From assembly GCF_001194135.2 (NCBI RefSeq), contig NC_068999.1:25691042-25755041 (forward strand): a DNA stretch of 64,000 nucleotides, given 5' to 3'. A program made the translations under genes and the position numbers. Positions 53,434 through 64,000 of the stretch are shown here, piece after piece; the first letter of the stretch is position 1, and the number at the start of each line of letters is the position of its first letter. This DNA is from Octopus bimaculoides. Its lineage: Eukaryota. The notes under the pieces are model-generated. The model was not told where the DNA came from. It did no database searches and saw only the letters and a list, made by a program, of their open reading frames with translations.

Positions 53434-54180
53434 TGTCTTAGTGTGAATGATTCCATATTTCTACACGTTTGTTTTGCTTACAACTATAAGCAAGGACTTC
53501 ACTAGCAATGTCATATACTTGCAGTCCATTAAGAAAGTATGTCCACATTTCTTGACACTGCACAAATCTTTGTAAACAGATGGCTCATTTTGGTGACATT
53601 TGCTTCCAGTTCACAATGTAAGCATATTCAAGCTGTTTGCTGTTCCACAAACTAGATTATTACATCAAAGGTGGGGGTTGGCAATAGGGAGGGCATCTAG
53701 CCATAGAGTAATCAGTTCCAACTTACTTTCACTGGACCCATGAAAGCATGGGAAAGCAGGTGTCTGCTTTTTAGAAGTTGCTGACTGCATTCAGTTCTAA
53801 ACATGAACACTAGTTTCTTTGCTTGTCACAATCTGCAATCTATCATACATTCTGAAAACTACTGCACCATAGCATTTGCTTACATCCATGTTTTTATATT
53901 ACACTAATATCCAAACAATAAGCAAAACTAGCTTCACAAGAATGTGAGTAATGTTTTACAACTACATTAACAAACATTAAAAAGTCCTTCTCTCTAAACG
54001 CTTTATCTCTGGAACTCCATTCCACCAACATATTTACAGTGAATAACAATCTACAGCTTTACTTGCATTATCTCTTTCCCCAACAATTCCACTTCCTAAC
54101 AATTAGAAAAACAGTTAAGCTATGCTATTAAAAGAAAGAGGAGAAAACATATCTGGAAAAAATAAATGCATAAATTTTAC

Positions 54181-54260
54181 CTTAAAATGCTAATCACCAG
54201 TTTAACAGCCTGGACAGCGACCTCATATTCTTTGTCAAGTGTCATTTCCACAATTCGATC
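54181..54260 (-). CDS. STAG1: cohesin subunit SA exon (DRIVEMTLDKEYEVAVQAVKLVISIL)
   Basis: tttatag| ... |gtaaaa; phase 0/2. Confidence 0.97.
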
Positions 54261-54644
54261 CTATAAAAACATGGAATTACCAAAACTGTTAATAATGGTA
54301 ACAAAATAGCCAGAATGATAACTTTTGCCTTACAAAAACTGTAGATGCTTAGAAAATAAATACATTTTAGTGAAAATATAATGAATATTAATTTTTAATT
54401 TCTTTTCAATAATTTTATATAAAATATTCAATGCTACACTAGATGTAAATGCCTTGTTTTTATATATGATATCTTTATGGAGAGAAAAAGGAATCATAAA
54501 ATGTGATATACGTGTAAACTGATTTACCTGATTTACTCAAGCTCTTTGTAATAGTGGGCTTATAAGTTAGTGTCACCATGGACAATAAAAAAGTATACCT
54601 GATTCTGAAGAAATCTCTCAAAAGATACAAGATTAAAACTAATC

Positions 54645-54870
54645 TGACTGATGGACATTTGTCCTCATCTTGTTTGTTGTTAACATAACATTTCGGCTGA
54701 TATACCCTCCAGCCTTCATCAGGTGTCTTGGGGAAATATCAAACCTGGTTCTTATTCCTAAGATGTCGGCGGCAGCGTCATCATTATCATTATTATTCAG
54801 GCCACTGCTTAGAATCAAACTCGGAATCTTGAGGTTAGTAGCCCGCACTCTTAACCACTATGCTACTAAC
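54645..54870 (-). mobile_element. tRNA-headed SINE-like element containing a hammerhead motif
   Basis: Minus strand: TAGCATAGTGGTTAAGAG (A box)...CCGAGTTTGATTC (B-box-like), (AAT)n linker, then the hammerhead fold at 54727-54682. Confidence 0.7.
54682..54727 (-). ncRNA. minimal type I hammerhead ribozyme motif (degenerate copy)
   Basis: GACAC-CUGAUGA-A-GGCUG[GAGGGUAUAU]CAGCC-GAAA-UG-U-U-AUGUU: intact core, perfect 5-bp stem II, 4/5-bp stem I, rudimentary stem III. Confidence 0.75.
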
Positions 54871-54984
54871 AACAAAATTCCGAATTCGATTCTAAACAGT
54901 GGCCTCAACAACAACAACAGCAGCAACAATTGATTGCTCTTTTACAGTCCACAAAAATATTACGTATGTATCTGTCTATATACA

Positions 54985-55030
<46 letters not shown>

Positions 55031-55124
55031 NNNNNNNNNNAGTTTAGCCAATAAAAACACACGCACTGTATATTTGGTGTTAATTTGCTTCAGCTTTATA
55101 TTACATTAATCTTAATCTTATTTC

Positions 55125-55158
55125 GGCCAGAGTTCTTTCGTCACACTTCTGTGACCTC
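55125..55158 (-). ncRNA. 5'-truncated minimal hammerhead motif of a second sequence family
   Basis: ..GA-G-GUCAC[AGAAGU]GUGAC-GAAA-GAAC-UC-UGGCC; perfect stem II, GAAA, 2-bp stem III, UC site; CUG and the 5' stem I strand are replaced by (AT)n. Confidence 0.5.
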
Positions 55159-55368
55159 ATATATATATATATTGACAAGGTATCTACATCTATCTATTAT
55201 ACATGGCATTGGCTAAAATCTATAAGTATGTTCTGTAGTTGAGTATAACATGGAAACAAAACACTTTACAAACAGCAGTGATCTATAAAATATCAATTCA
55301 TGCAATTCACCACAAAGATTTATAATAAAAATGTGAGTCAAATATTACAAAGCAAATAATTTCCTTAC

Positions 55369-55467
55369 CTTGAACCTGTTGGTGAAGAGTTCTAATTTGG
55401 GTGCCAGATCCCTGGTATCATAGAGAGGTTGAAGTGCCTTCAAACAACATAAACGCACATCACCCAC
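55369..55467 (-). CDS. STAG1: cohesin subunit SA exon, most 5' found in window ([33 protein letters not shown])
   Basis: ttatag| ... |gtaagg; phase 0/0; matches GEVRLKCLKALQSLY...[14 protein letters not shown]1 is used for the invertebrate SA orthologue; paralogue assignment is not meaningful. Confidence 0.97.
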
Positions 55468-55559
55468 CTATAAGGTAAATTTTAAACATTTTATTTAATA
55501 GAGAAAACTTCCACCTTTCAGCTCATACCCCACCACAGACGTCTATCAAACACCTAAAG

Positions 55560-58330
55560 AAATGCCCAAAGAAACACCCTTCCACACTTCTTCCTGTTAC
55601 TTTCAACCTTCTATTTAATCTTTCCTCAGGGATTTACAAAAAAACACAGTTCTCTAGCCACGTTTCCTTTCTCAGTTGCTGCCTTCACTACCACCTCATC
55701 CCCAAAGGCTTCCGCCTCCATCTCCATCCCATTTCTGCCATCCTTCCAATACTCCATACTATGTCTTACCCACTTAGCTGTGCTACCATTTGTTCCAATC
55801 TCTCCAAAATACACACCCTCATCTACCCTCTCACTTATTCCATCTTTTTCTCCTCTCTTTCACCTTCCTATGCACATTCCACTCTACGCCTTCACAATCC
55901 ATTTAAATCATCTTTTCCAGGATTTCCTCACTGACACTAAACAACGTAAACTCCACTCATTCGTCATTTTGTCACACCTGATGCCACTACCCCCCCCCCT
56001 CCCCCAATACACTTCCCCTTCATCCTCATCCCAACCCTTCCTTTACTCCAACCCCTGCCACGCACTAATTCCTCCTCTCTCCTCCCAGCATTCTACTACC
56101 TCCACCACACCTAACACATCTAACTCATCCACCCCTCCCCAATTCAGTCTGTTGTTACCATTCCTCCTAACCTTCTCCTCTCTGAGGCCAAGAGCTCTCT
56201 TCTCAGTAGGGAGTCTGTGCTTCATTCCCCTCACTCCATCCAGTAACGAATTCCAGGTGTGTGCTGATATTCAAAGCTTTGTGCACCAAGTCAGGCTATA
56301 TGCACTATTCCACAACACCCAACCTGCATCTAATGAAGACGACTGCTTCACCGACCTGGGCCGCTAACCATCCCACTGGATGCCAGCTCCTGGCCAGATC
56401 CAAGCAGTCAATCATTTTGAAAGTATCTGCCAATATGTTGTGGACCAGTTTAACTTTTGCAGGCATCCCCGACATCTCAACACCTCCCTGGCCGAACTCT
56501 CGGCCCTTTGATGTCTCTGACGCCGTAAATATATCATCATTAAACCAGCCAACAAGAGTGGAGCCGTGGTGGTGTGGTGTGCAGACCACTACAAGGCCGA
56601 AGCTCTCCACCAACTTCAAGACACCTCCTTCTACTACCCTCTGCCCTACAAACCCATGCTTAGCTACCAACAGACTGTCCTCCACTATCCATGACCTCAT
56701 CTCCTCCTCCCATCTCACTGCCTCTAACCCCATTGTCTGCACTCCCCGAAGCCCCCACCATCTTCCTTCCCAAAATCCACAAGCCCAACAACTCTGGCCA
56801 CTCCATTGTCTCTGCCTGTAACTGCCCCACAGAATTGATCTTGAAATACCTTGACCATTTCCTTGTCCCCTAGTGGCTTCCCTCCCCTCCCACATCCATG
56901 ACCCTAATCATGCTCTCTGTCTTTTCAACACTTTCTCCTTCCTTCCTAGCCCCTCTAAACTTCTCTTCCCTTTTGATATCAAGAGTGTAAATATGGTGAT
57001 CCCACACAATGAAGGATTTCTTGCTCTCAAACACTTCCTAGACCTTCAACCCAACCCTCAACCTGACACATCCACAATTCTTTGACTGGACAAACGTGTT
57101 CTCTCCCCCAACTGCTTCTCATTCACGGGGTATTTTTACCAACAGGACTCAAGAGTGGCCATGGGAACGAGAATGGGTCCCAACTATGCGAACCTGTTTG
57201 TTGCCTACGTTGAGGCCCAAGTATTTTCAAGATTCACTTGTTTCACCTATACGGTCATACTCCACTCTCACTACAAACACACCAACTCACACTCATACCT
57301 CAACTTCTCCTCCTCCCACCAAGCTCTCCATCCCCTACTCCCAATTCCTCCATCTGCGCAGGCTCTGCAGTGACAACCATGACTTTGAGAATCAGTCTCA
57401 ACACTTCATCCTTCAAGGATATCTCCTCACCATTATCCACACAGCCCTTTACCAGAGCACATTCCGTGGATTGTGTCTCTGCTCTCTCTCACTGCACCTG
57501 CCCTACCATTGCCCGTCTCCCCTCAACTACCACCCCTCCAATGCAACATTCTCCGAGCCTTCCGGCGACTCCTGTCCGGCTACCTCCACTTTGCACACTT
57601 CTGCAACCTACGTAACCTGGTGGTCCACACTTTCTTCCCAAACCCCACCTCCCAACCTGGCTCGTACCTCTGCTCCAGCCCTGCTGCTACTACCTCTCCA
57701 ACACCACCATCCTAACAGCCACCCATCAACGTCCCTATCATATAACTAACTCCTTTACCTGCACATCTAGTGATGTCATTTAATGCATCTTCTGCTCTTT
57801 CTGACCTTTTCTGTACATCAGTGAAACAAGATGCCACTTGGCTGACTGATTCATGGAACACCTCTGAGACATTAGACTCAGCAATGACACTCTTGGTTTC
57901 GTGCCATTTTCGCTCTAGTGGTAATACATTACAACACCTGTCTGTGTTCGGATTATATTTGCACAGGGGCCATCTGGACTCCCGCCTTCGCCATGGAGAG
58001 GAATTAATCTTCTCACATCGCTCCTTTGTGCTACATGAGTTCAATTCCATTCCTCTCCTCCCTTCACTCCTACTCATCTCTCCTATCTTGCCCTCACACA
58101 TACTTCCTCTCTACACTCCTACCCATCTTCTACCTTCATTGATACCTACCTCCATCCATCCACCCACCACCCCACAACCTCATAGCCCAAAACAACCACA
58201 TCACTCCAGTCCACACCACCCTGCACACACAAGCACTGACCACTTCCCAGTTACCATACCACACATCATCTACACACCCACACGTTATGGACGCACATAT
58301 CCACATGACACTCACTAGCACCTATCCACA
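55560..58330 (+). mobile_element. decayed Penelope-like element (RT plus GIY-YIG endonuclease)
   Basis: Motifs across frames: IIKPANKSGAVVVW, LPKIHKPN..GHSIVSACNCPTE, FDIKSVNMVIPH, VAMGTRMGPNYANLFV, and the GIY-YIG region FTCTSSDVI*CIFC..YISET..LAD*FMEH. The catalytic YxDD segment appears deleted. Confidence 0.88.
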
Positions 58331-58493
58331 CACATGTGCGAACTTTCATTTTGGGATCACCAATACGATATTATCTCTCCTTCTTCCTAGCTCTACTGTC
58401 AAATTTTTTTTCCCAATCTGTTGCCATAATTGATCGATAAATACGCAAGATTTATCCTTCTCCGTTTATTTCCACATATTCATTTCTGCTCCG

Positions 58494-58568
<75 letters not shown>

Positions 58569-58569
58569 T

Positions 58570-58970
58570 TGCAGAGACTTGATGGGGCAAGCGAAAACGA
58601 AATCGTGAATCGTGATGACACCTGTGCTTAGTGTCGCCTTCCTGGCACTTGTACCGGTGGCACGTGTAAAGACATTCGAGCGAGATCATTGCCAGTGCTG
58701 ATGGACTTGCTCTTGTGCAGGTGGCACGTAAAACACACCATTTTGAGCGTGGCCGTTGCCAGTACCGCCTGACTGGCCTTCGTGCCGGTGGCACGTAAAA
58801 GGACCCACTACACTCTTGGAGTGGTTGGCGTTAGGAAGGGCATCCAGCTGTAGAAACTCTGCCAAATCAGATTGGAGCCTGGTGTAGCCATCTGGTTTCA
58901 CCAGTCCTCAGTCAAATCGTCCAACCCATGCTAGCATGGACAGCAGACGTTAAATGGTGATGATCATCAT
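58570..58970 (+). mobile_element. 5'-truncated RTE 3' region copy with (ATG/ATC)n tail
   Basis: Aligns with 60310-60724 and ends ...AACCCATGCTAGCATGGACAGCAGACGTTAAATGGTGATGAT. Confidence 0.8.
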
Positions 58971-58984
58971 CATATATATAAATG

Positions 58985-60724
58985 TAGGAATTCAAGACGG
59001 GATGCCCATGGGAGCTCCTCAATGCTGGTGGTCAATGAGGAAAGTAGGGATAGATGAGTGGTTAGTGAGAGCTGTGCAAGCCATGTACAGGGACGCTGTC
59101 AGTAAGGTGAGGGTTGGCAACGTGTACAGTGAAGAATTCCGGGTAGAGGCAGGGATCCACGAAGATTCAGTCCTCAGGTCCCTCCTATTTATCACAGTCC
59201 TCCAGGCAATAGCACAGGAATATAAGACAGGATGCCCCTGGGAGCTCCTCTATGCTGATGACCTTGCACTAATTGCTGAGTCACCATCAGAACTAGAGGA
59301 AAAGTTTCAGGTGTGGAAGCAAGGACCAGAATCGAAGGGCCTTAGAGTCAATCTAGCTAAAACCAAAGTCCTAATAAGTAGGAAGGTAGACAAAACACAA
59401 ACCCCTTCAGGTAGATGGCCCTGCTTGATCTATAGAAATGGCGTAGGTAGAAACTCTATAAGATGTACCCAGTGTAAGCTATGGATACATAAGAGGTGCA
59501 GCAATATCAAAGGCAGGCTAACTAGGGAGTTAGTTTTTGTATGTGGCAGATGTTCAGGAGCAATAAACACTGAAAATGTGCAGAAAACAACTTCTGTCAC
59601 AATCCAGGGAGAAAAACTAGACGTAGTTGATAGCTTCCGCTATCTTGGTGACCAAGTTAGTAGTGGGGGAGGGTGTAGCTGCTAGAATAAGAATAGCCTG
59701 GGCAAAGTTCAGAGAGCTCTTACCTCTGCTGGTGACAAAGAGCCTCTCACTCAGAGTAAAAGGCAGACTATATGACACATGTGTACGAACAGCCATGCTA
59801 CATGGCAGTGAAACATGGACCGTGACTGCTGAGGATATGNNNNNNNNNNNNNNNNNNNNNNNNNNNNNNNNNNNNNNNNNNNNNNNNNNNNNNNNNNNNN
59901 NNNNNNNNNNNNNNNNNNNNNNNNNNNNNNNNNNNNNNNNNNNNNNNNNNNNNNNNNNNNNNNNNNNNNNNNNNNNNNNNNNNNNNNNNNNNNNNNNNNN
60001 NNNNNNNNNNNNNNNNNNNNNNNNNNNNNNNNNNNNNNNNNNNNNNNNNNNNNNNNNNNNNNNNNNNNNNCACAGCCTAGCGGTTGAGAGAACCTGTGGA
60101 AGAGGCAGGACCAGGAAGACCTGGGATGAGATGGTGACGCATGACCTCTGAACATTAGGCCTCACCGAGGCAATGACTCGTGACTGAGACCTTTGGAAAT
60201 ATGCTGTGCGTGAGAAGACCCAGCAAGCCAAGTGAGACCAAAATCCAAGGCCTCTGCCAGGGATGTAGCCAGCCCACTTATGTGTAACATTCCTTCATTG
60301 AACACTAAACTCGTCTTGCAAAGACCTGTTGGGGCAAGCGAAAGCGAAATCGTGATGGCACCTGTAATAGTGAAGCACTAAGAGCACCATCCGAGCGTCA
60401 TCGTTGCCAGAGCAGCTGTCTGGCTTCCATGCCAGTGGCATGCAAATAGCACCATTTGAGCATGATCGTTACCAACGTCGCACCCCCCAGTGGCACATGA
60501 AAAGACATTCGAGCGAGATCGTTGCCAGTGCCGCTGGACTGCCTCCTGTGCAGGTGGTACGTAAAATGCAGCATTTCAAGTGTGGCCATTGCCAGTACCG
60601 ACCGACTGGCTTTCGTGCCGGTGGCACGTAAAAGGACCCACTACACTCTCAGAGTAGTTGGTGTTACGAAGGATATCCAGCTGTAGAAATTCTGCCAAAT
60701 CAGATTGGAGCCTGGTGTAGCCAC
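58985..60724 (+). mobile_element. RTE LINE, 3' half (RT, PHD-like finger, 3' UTR), interrupted by gaps
   Basis: WELLYADDLALIA RT motif, C-x2-C-x4-H-x2-C finger, VVDSFRYLGD, LHGSETW; 3' UTR with internal tandem subrepeats. Confidence 0.92.
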
Positions 60725-60890
60725 NNNNNNNNNNNNNNNNNNNNNNNNNNNNNNNNNNNNNNNNNNNNNNNNNNNNNNNNNNNNNNNNNNNNNNNNNNNN
60801 NNNNNNNNNNNNNNNNNNNNNNNNTGTGTGTGTGTGTGTGTGTGTATGTGTGTGTGTGTGTATGTATACATGTGTATGTATATATATATA

Positions 60891-61802
60891 TGTAGTGAAC
60901 ACCACTCTTTCCAACTGTTATAAATATAAACAAGCGCAGGCGTAGCAGAGAGCAGCCTGTTGTATCCATCACATGACTGACTATTCTTTGCGCGGGTAAA
61001 TTATCTCCATTTGCCCCCAGGACGCCAACTGACCAACCGTAGCCCCTAATAAGGTCACGTGATAGTGTTTTTCTAATGCTTCTCTGGAGCCTACCTTCAG
61101 CTATAAATAGACTAAATTATACCCGCCAAATCGTCGCACCTCAGATTTCCTTTGAGATCTGGCCGCTGACCACACACGTGTAACACCAACCAGCCAGTTC
61201 CAGCGACGACATCGACACCATCGTCCAACTACGACTACCAGCATCGCCGCCACCGTCAACACGACACTACGACTACCAGCATCGTCCCCGCCAGCGTCAA
61301 CATGACTCTACACGTACACAAGCTACCACAGCTAACCGCAGCACTTCTCTTCGACCCTGTTTGTGTGAATTGTTTCGCCACGAAAAATAACAGCCAAGAA
61401 TTTAGCCTGCGAAGAACATCTGTATTCAAGAACCCGGCTTGGCATAGAAGCCCTAACATCACGACTAGTGATCGCTCTGCCCCACACGCTTTAACTTCTT
61501 ATATACAAACACTTACCACTGTGTACTCTAACAAAGAACTGGTATCTTAAATTCTTATACGTGTTACTGACTCTATTCTATACTATGTATCTCACGCATT
61601 CGCATACATGTATTACTTGCACACACTCTTTTGTTTACATGACGGCCTGTCTTTAATGTGTTTTATTATGTCGCATTCACACACACACAGACATACAGTT
61701 TCATGCTCCAATAAATCTTACTGTTATACATCTCTATCGGTTGGTTCAATATAGTCTTCCTTACTGGCATTTCTAAGTTTTCTATGTTATCAAAGTATAA
61801 CA
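60891..61802 (+). mobile_element. probable solo LTR inserted in a (TA)n tract
   Basis: Starts TGTAG and ends ATAACA; TATA on both flanks (possible 4-bp TSD); TATAAATA at 61102, AATAAA near 61710; CpG-rich compared with the surroundings. Confidence 0.65.
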
Positions 61803-62122
61803 TATATATATCATTTTATATATTTTGTGTTCGACCGTGTGACGCGTTTAAGAAAGGAGCCTGTTTTTCCATTCGTCAACATTTCTCCTTTTGGGTTCGC
61901 ACGGTCGTTCTTACATATCATCATCATCATCATCATCATCGTTTCACGTCCGCTTTCCATGCTAGCATGGGTTGGACGATTTGACTGAGGACTGGTGAAA
62001 CCGGATGGCAACACCAGGCTCCAATCTAAATTTGGCAGAGTTTCTACAGCTGGATGCCCTTCATCAACACCGAAATTTAGAAATAGCAGTTAAAGTGCGA
62101 GACTTATTTATATGTGTGTGTA

Positions 62123-62181
<59 letters not shown>

Positions 62182-62219
62182 GGAAGGTACAAGTAAAAAT
62201 ATATACATATATACATGCA

Positions 62220-62261
<42 letters not shown>

Positions 62262-62629
62262 TGCATGTATATATGTATATATTTTTACTTGTACCTTCCT
62301 TCACACTTGTACCTTCCTTCACACTTGCACACCTGTATGTGTATGTGTGAGTGTATGTACGTTTCTTTTTTGTGTGTATATGAGTGTGTTGTGTGTGTAT
62401 GTGTATGACTGTATATCCTTGTGTTAAGTGTATATGTTTTTTCTATCACTTGTAATTTATAGCATGTTTCTCCTTCATATATTCATTTTCTATTCCTACT
62501 GTTTTATGATTGTCTTCCCTACCCCGGGCTAGTTTTTGAGTAAGGTAACTATCTTGAATTACACCAGCCAGTCTTGTCTGATTGCTGTTTTTTCCTTGTT
62601 AAGTTCTCTTTGTTTTTCTTTCTCTGCAT

Positions 62630-62856
62630 GTCTCTCTCTTTTACTCTTGTTTCAGTAATTTGACTGCGGCCATGCTGGAGCACCACCTTTAGTCAAGCAA
62701 ATCGACCCCAGGACTTATTCTTTGTAAGCCTAATACATATTCTATTGGTCTCTTTTGCTGAACTGCTAAGTTACGGGGACATAAACACACCACCAGCATC
62801 GGTTGTCAAGCAATGCTAGGGGGGACAAACACAGACACACAAACATACACACACAC

Positions 62857-62889
<33 letters not shown>

Positions 62890-63058
62890 CATATATATAT
62901 GATGGGCTTCTTTCAGTTTCCGTCTACTAAATCCACTCACAAGGCTTTGGTCAGCCCGAGGCTAGAGTAGAAGACACTTGCCCAAGATGCCACACAGTGG
63001 GACTGAACCCAGAACCATGTGGTTAGTAAGCAAGCTACTTACCACACAGCCACTCCTG
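62630..63058 (-). mobile_element. near full-length tRNA-derived SINE (family B)
   Basis: Same head, internal microsatellite and tail as 49531-49925. Confidence 0.9.
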
Positions 63059-64000
63059 CTTTAATATTGTAACTTTTTTCAAACATAGTCTTGCCTATCA
63101 CTTTTTAGCCTCATGTAAAATATATATACATATATTTTTTCGTTTTCACTATCAATATGTATAACTCTCTATGTTATTTTTTTCTACTAGTCCACCTGTC
63201 ACGTTATAGTTATACACACATGGCCCTGTTTATTATACTTTGACTTGACCTGTTACCATTTTTTAAAATATACCCGTTAGCTTTTCCTTCTTATTTTTAT
63301 GTTCTAGTTTACCGCACATATAGACGTGCATACACATTGATATGTCTGTCTTTTTTTCCCTTTCGTCTTTCTTACTATCATTATTACTGTTATTTTGTCC
63401 CCCTTTAAAACTTGTTTGCAAATATCCGATTTTTTCCCCCTATTACCCCATTTGTATTCTCCCTTATTGTATCTTATTTTAATTTACTTTATTTTATTAA
63501 ACCTTTTTTAATGTCCTTACAAAAATTCCTCACACTGATGAAAATGACAAGGCATAAATTTAATTATAATTACTATGGTTATAATTTTTTTCTTACATAT
63601 TTGTATTGTCCTTTGAAATGTGCATATGTAGTGAATCTTATTTTGTATTAAATCTAATTTTGATTCAACATCTTTTTCTCCTCCAATTTTCTATAATTGT
63701 TAATGGTATTTTTATACCTATAACAATATTTTTCAACTACTATTTTCATATTCTTATTACTTGCTCTGGCTGTTTTTTATGAATATGATGAATCTTTAAT
63801 AGAACATTATTCTTTCTCTCAATTTGGACCTCTCCAAAAGTTTGAATTGTTCTCTTTTGAACTTATTTTTTCCCATATATGTATATATATGTGTATACAT
63901 ATATGTATATATATGTATGTGTGTGTTTGTATATATATCAGATATACTTTTCGTAATGAGATAAAAAAAAAAAACCAAGGCTGTGTATAATATAGAACAT

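Noticed and set aside
55780-58318. Several 120-217 aa Pro/Ser/His-rich ORFs on both strands
   Set aside because: Alternative frames of the pyrimidine-rich, frameshifted Penelope-like element.

Overview
This is AT-rich animal genomic DNA with short N gaps. The repeat repertoire suggests a cephalopod, probably Octopus (inference from recalled repeat families, not a search). Two convergent protein-coding genes are present. The 3' exons of NDUFB4 (+ strand, 8176-8508) come first. Most of a cohesin subunit SA gene (STAG1/2 orthologue, - strand) follows: 23 exons from 55467 to 25665 splice into one open frame with GT-AG boundaries, plus a probable 27-nt microexon. Its upstream exons were not found in the window and probably lie beyond it, and its stop exon was not resolved. 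Introns and the intergenic space hold decayed transposons: an L1/Tx1-type LINE, RTE LINEs, a Penelope-like element, an RLE-type retrotransposon 3' end, Tigger, mariner/maT, piggyBac, MITEs, a solo LTR and several tRNA-derived SINE families. The most interesting signal is in the 1.1-kb STAG intron 54261-55368. It contains a tRNA-headed SINE-like element whose 3' half is a minimal type I hammerhead ribozyme (slightly mutated) and has a fold-back 5' end. About 400 bp away is a truncated hammerhead of a different sequence family embedded in (TA)n. Both lie on the STAG sense strand, next to a Penelope-like element. A second notable item is a retrotransposon 3' end carrying 3x60-bp E-box-like repeats, a TATA box and an Inr at canonical spacing, followed by a structured RNA segment. 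No ribozyme activity or transcription can be shown from sequence alone.
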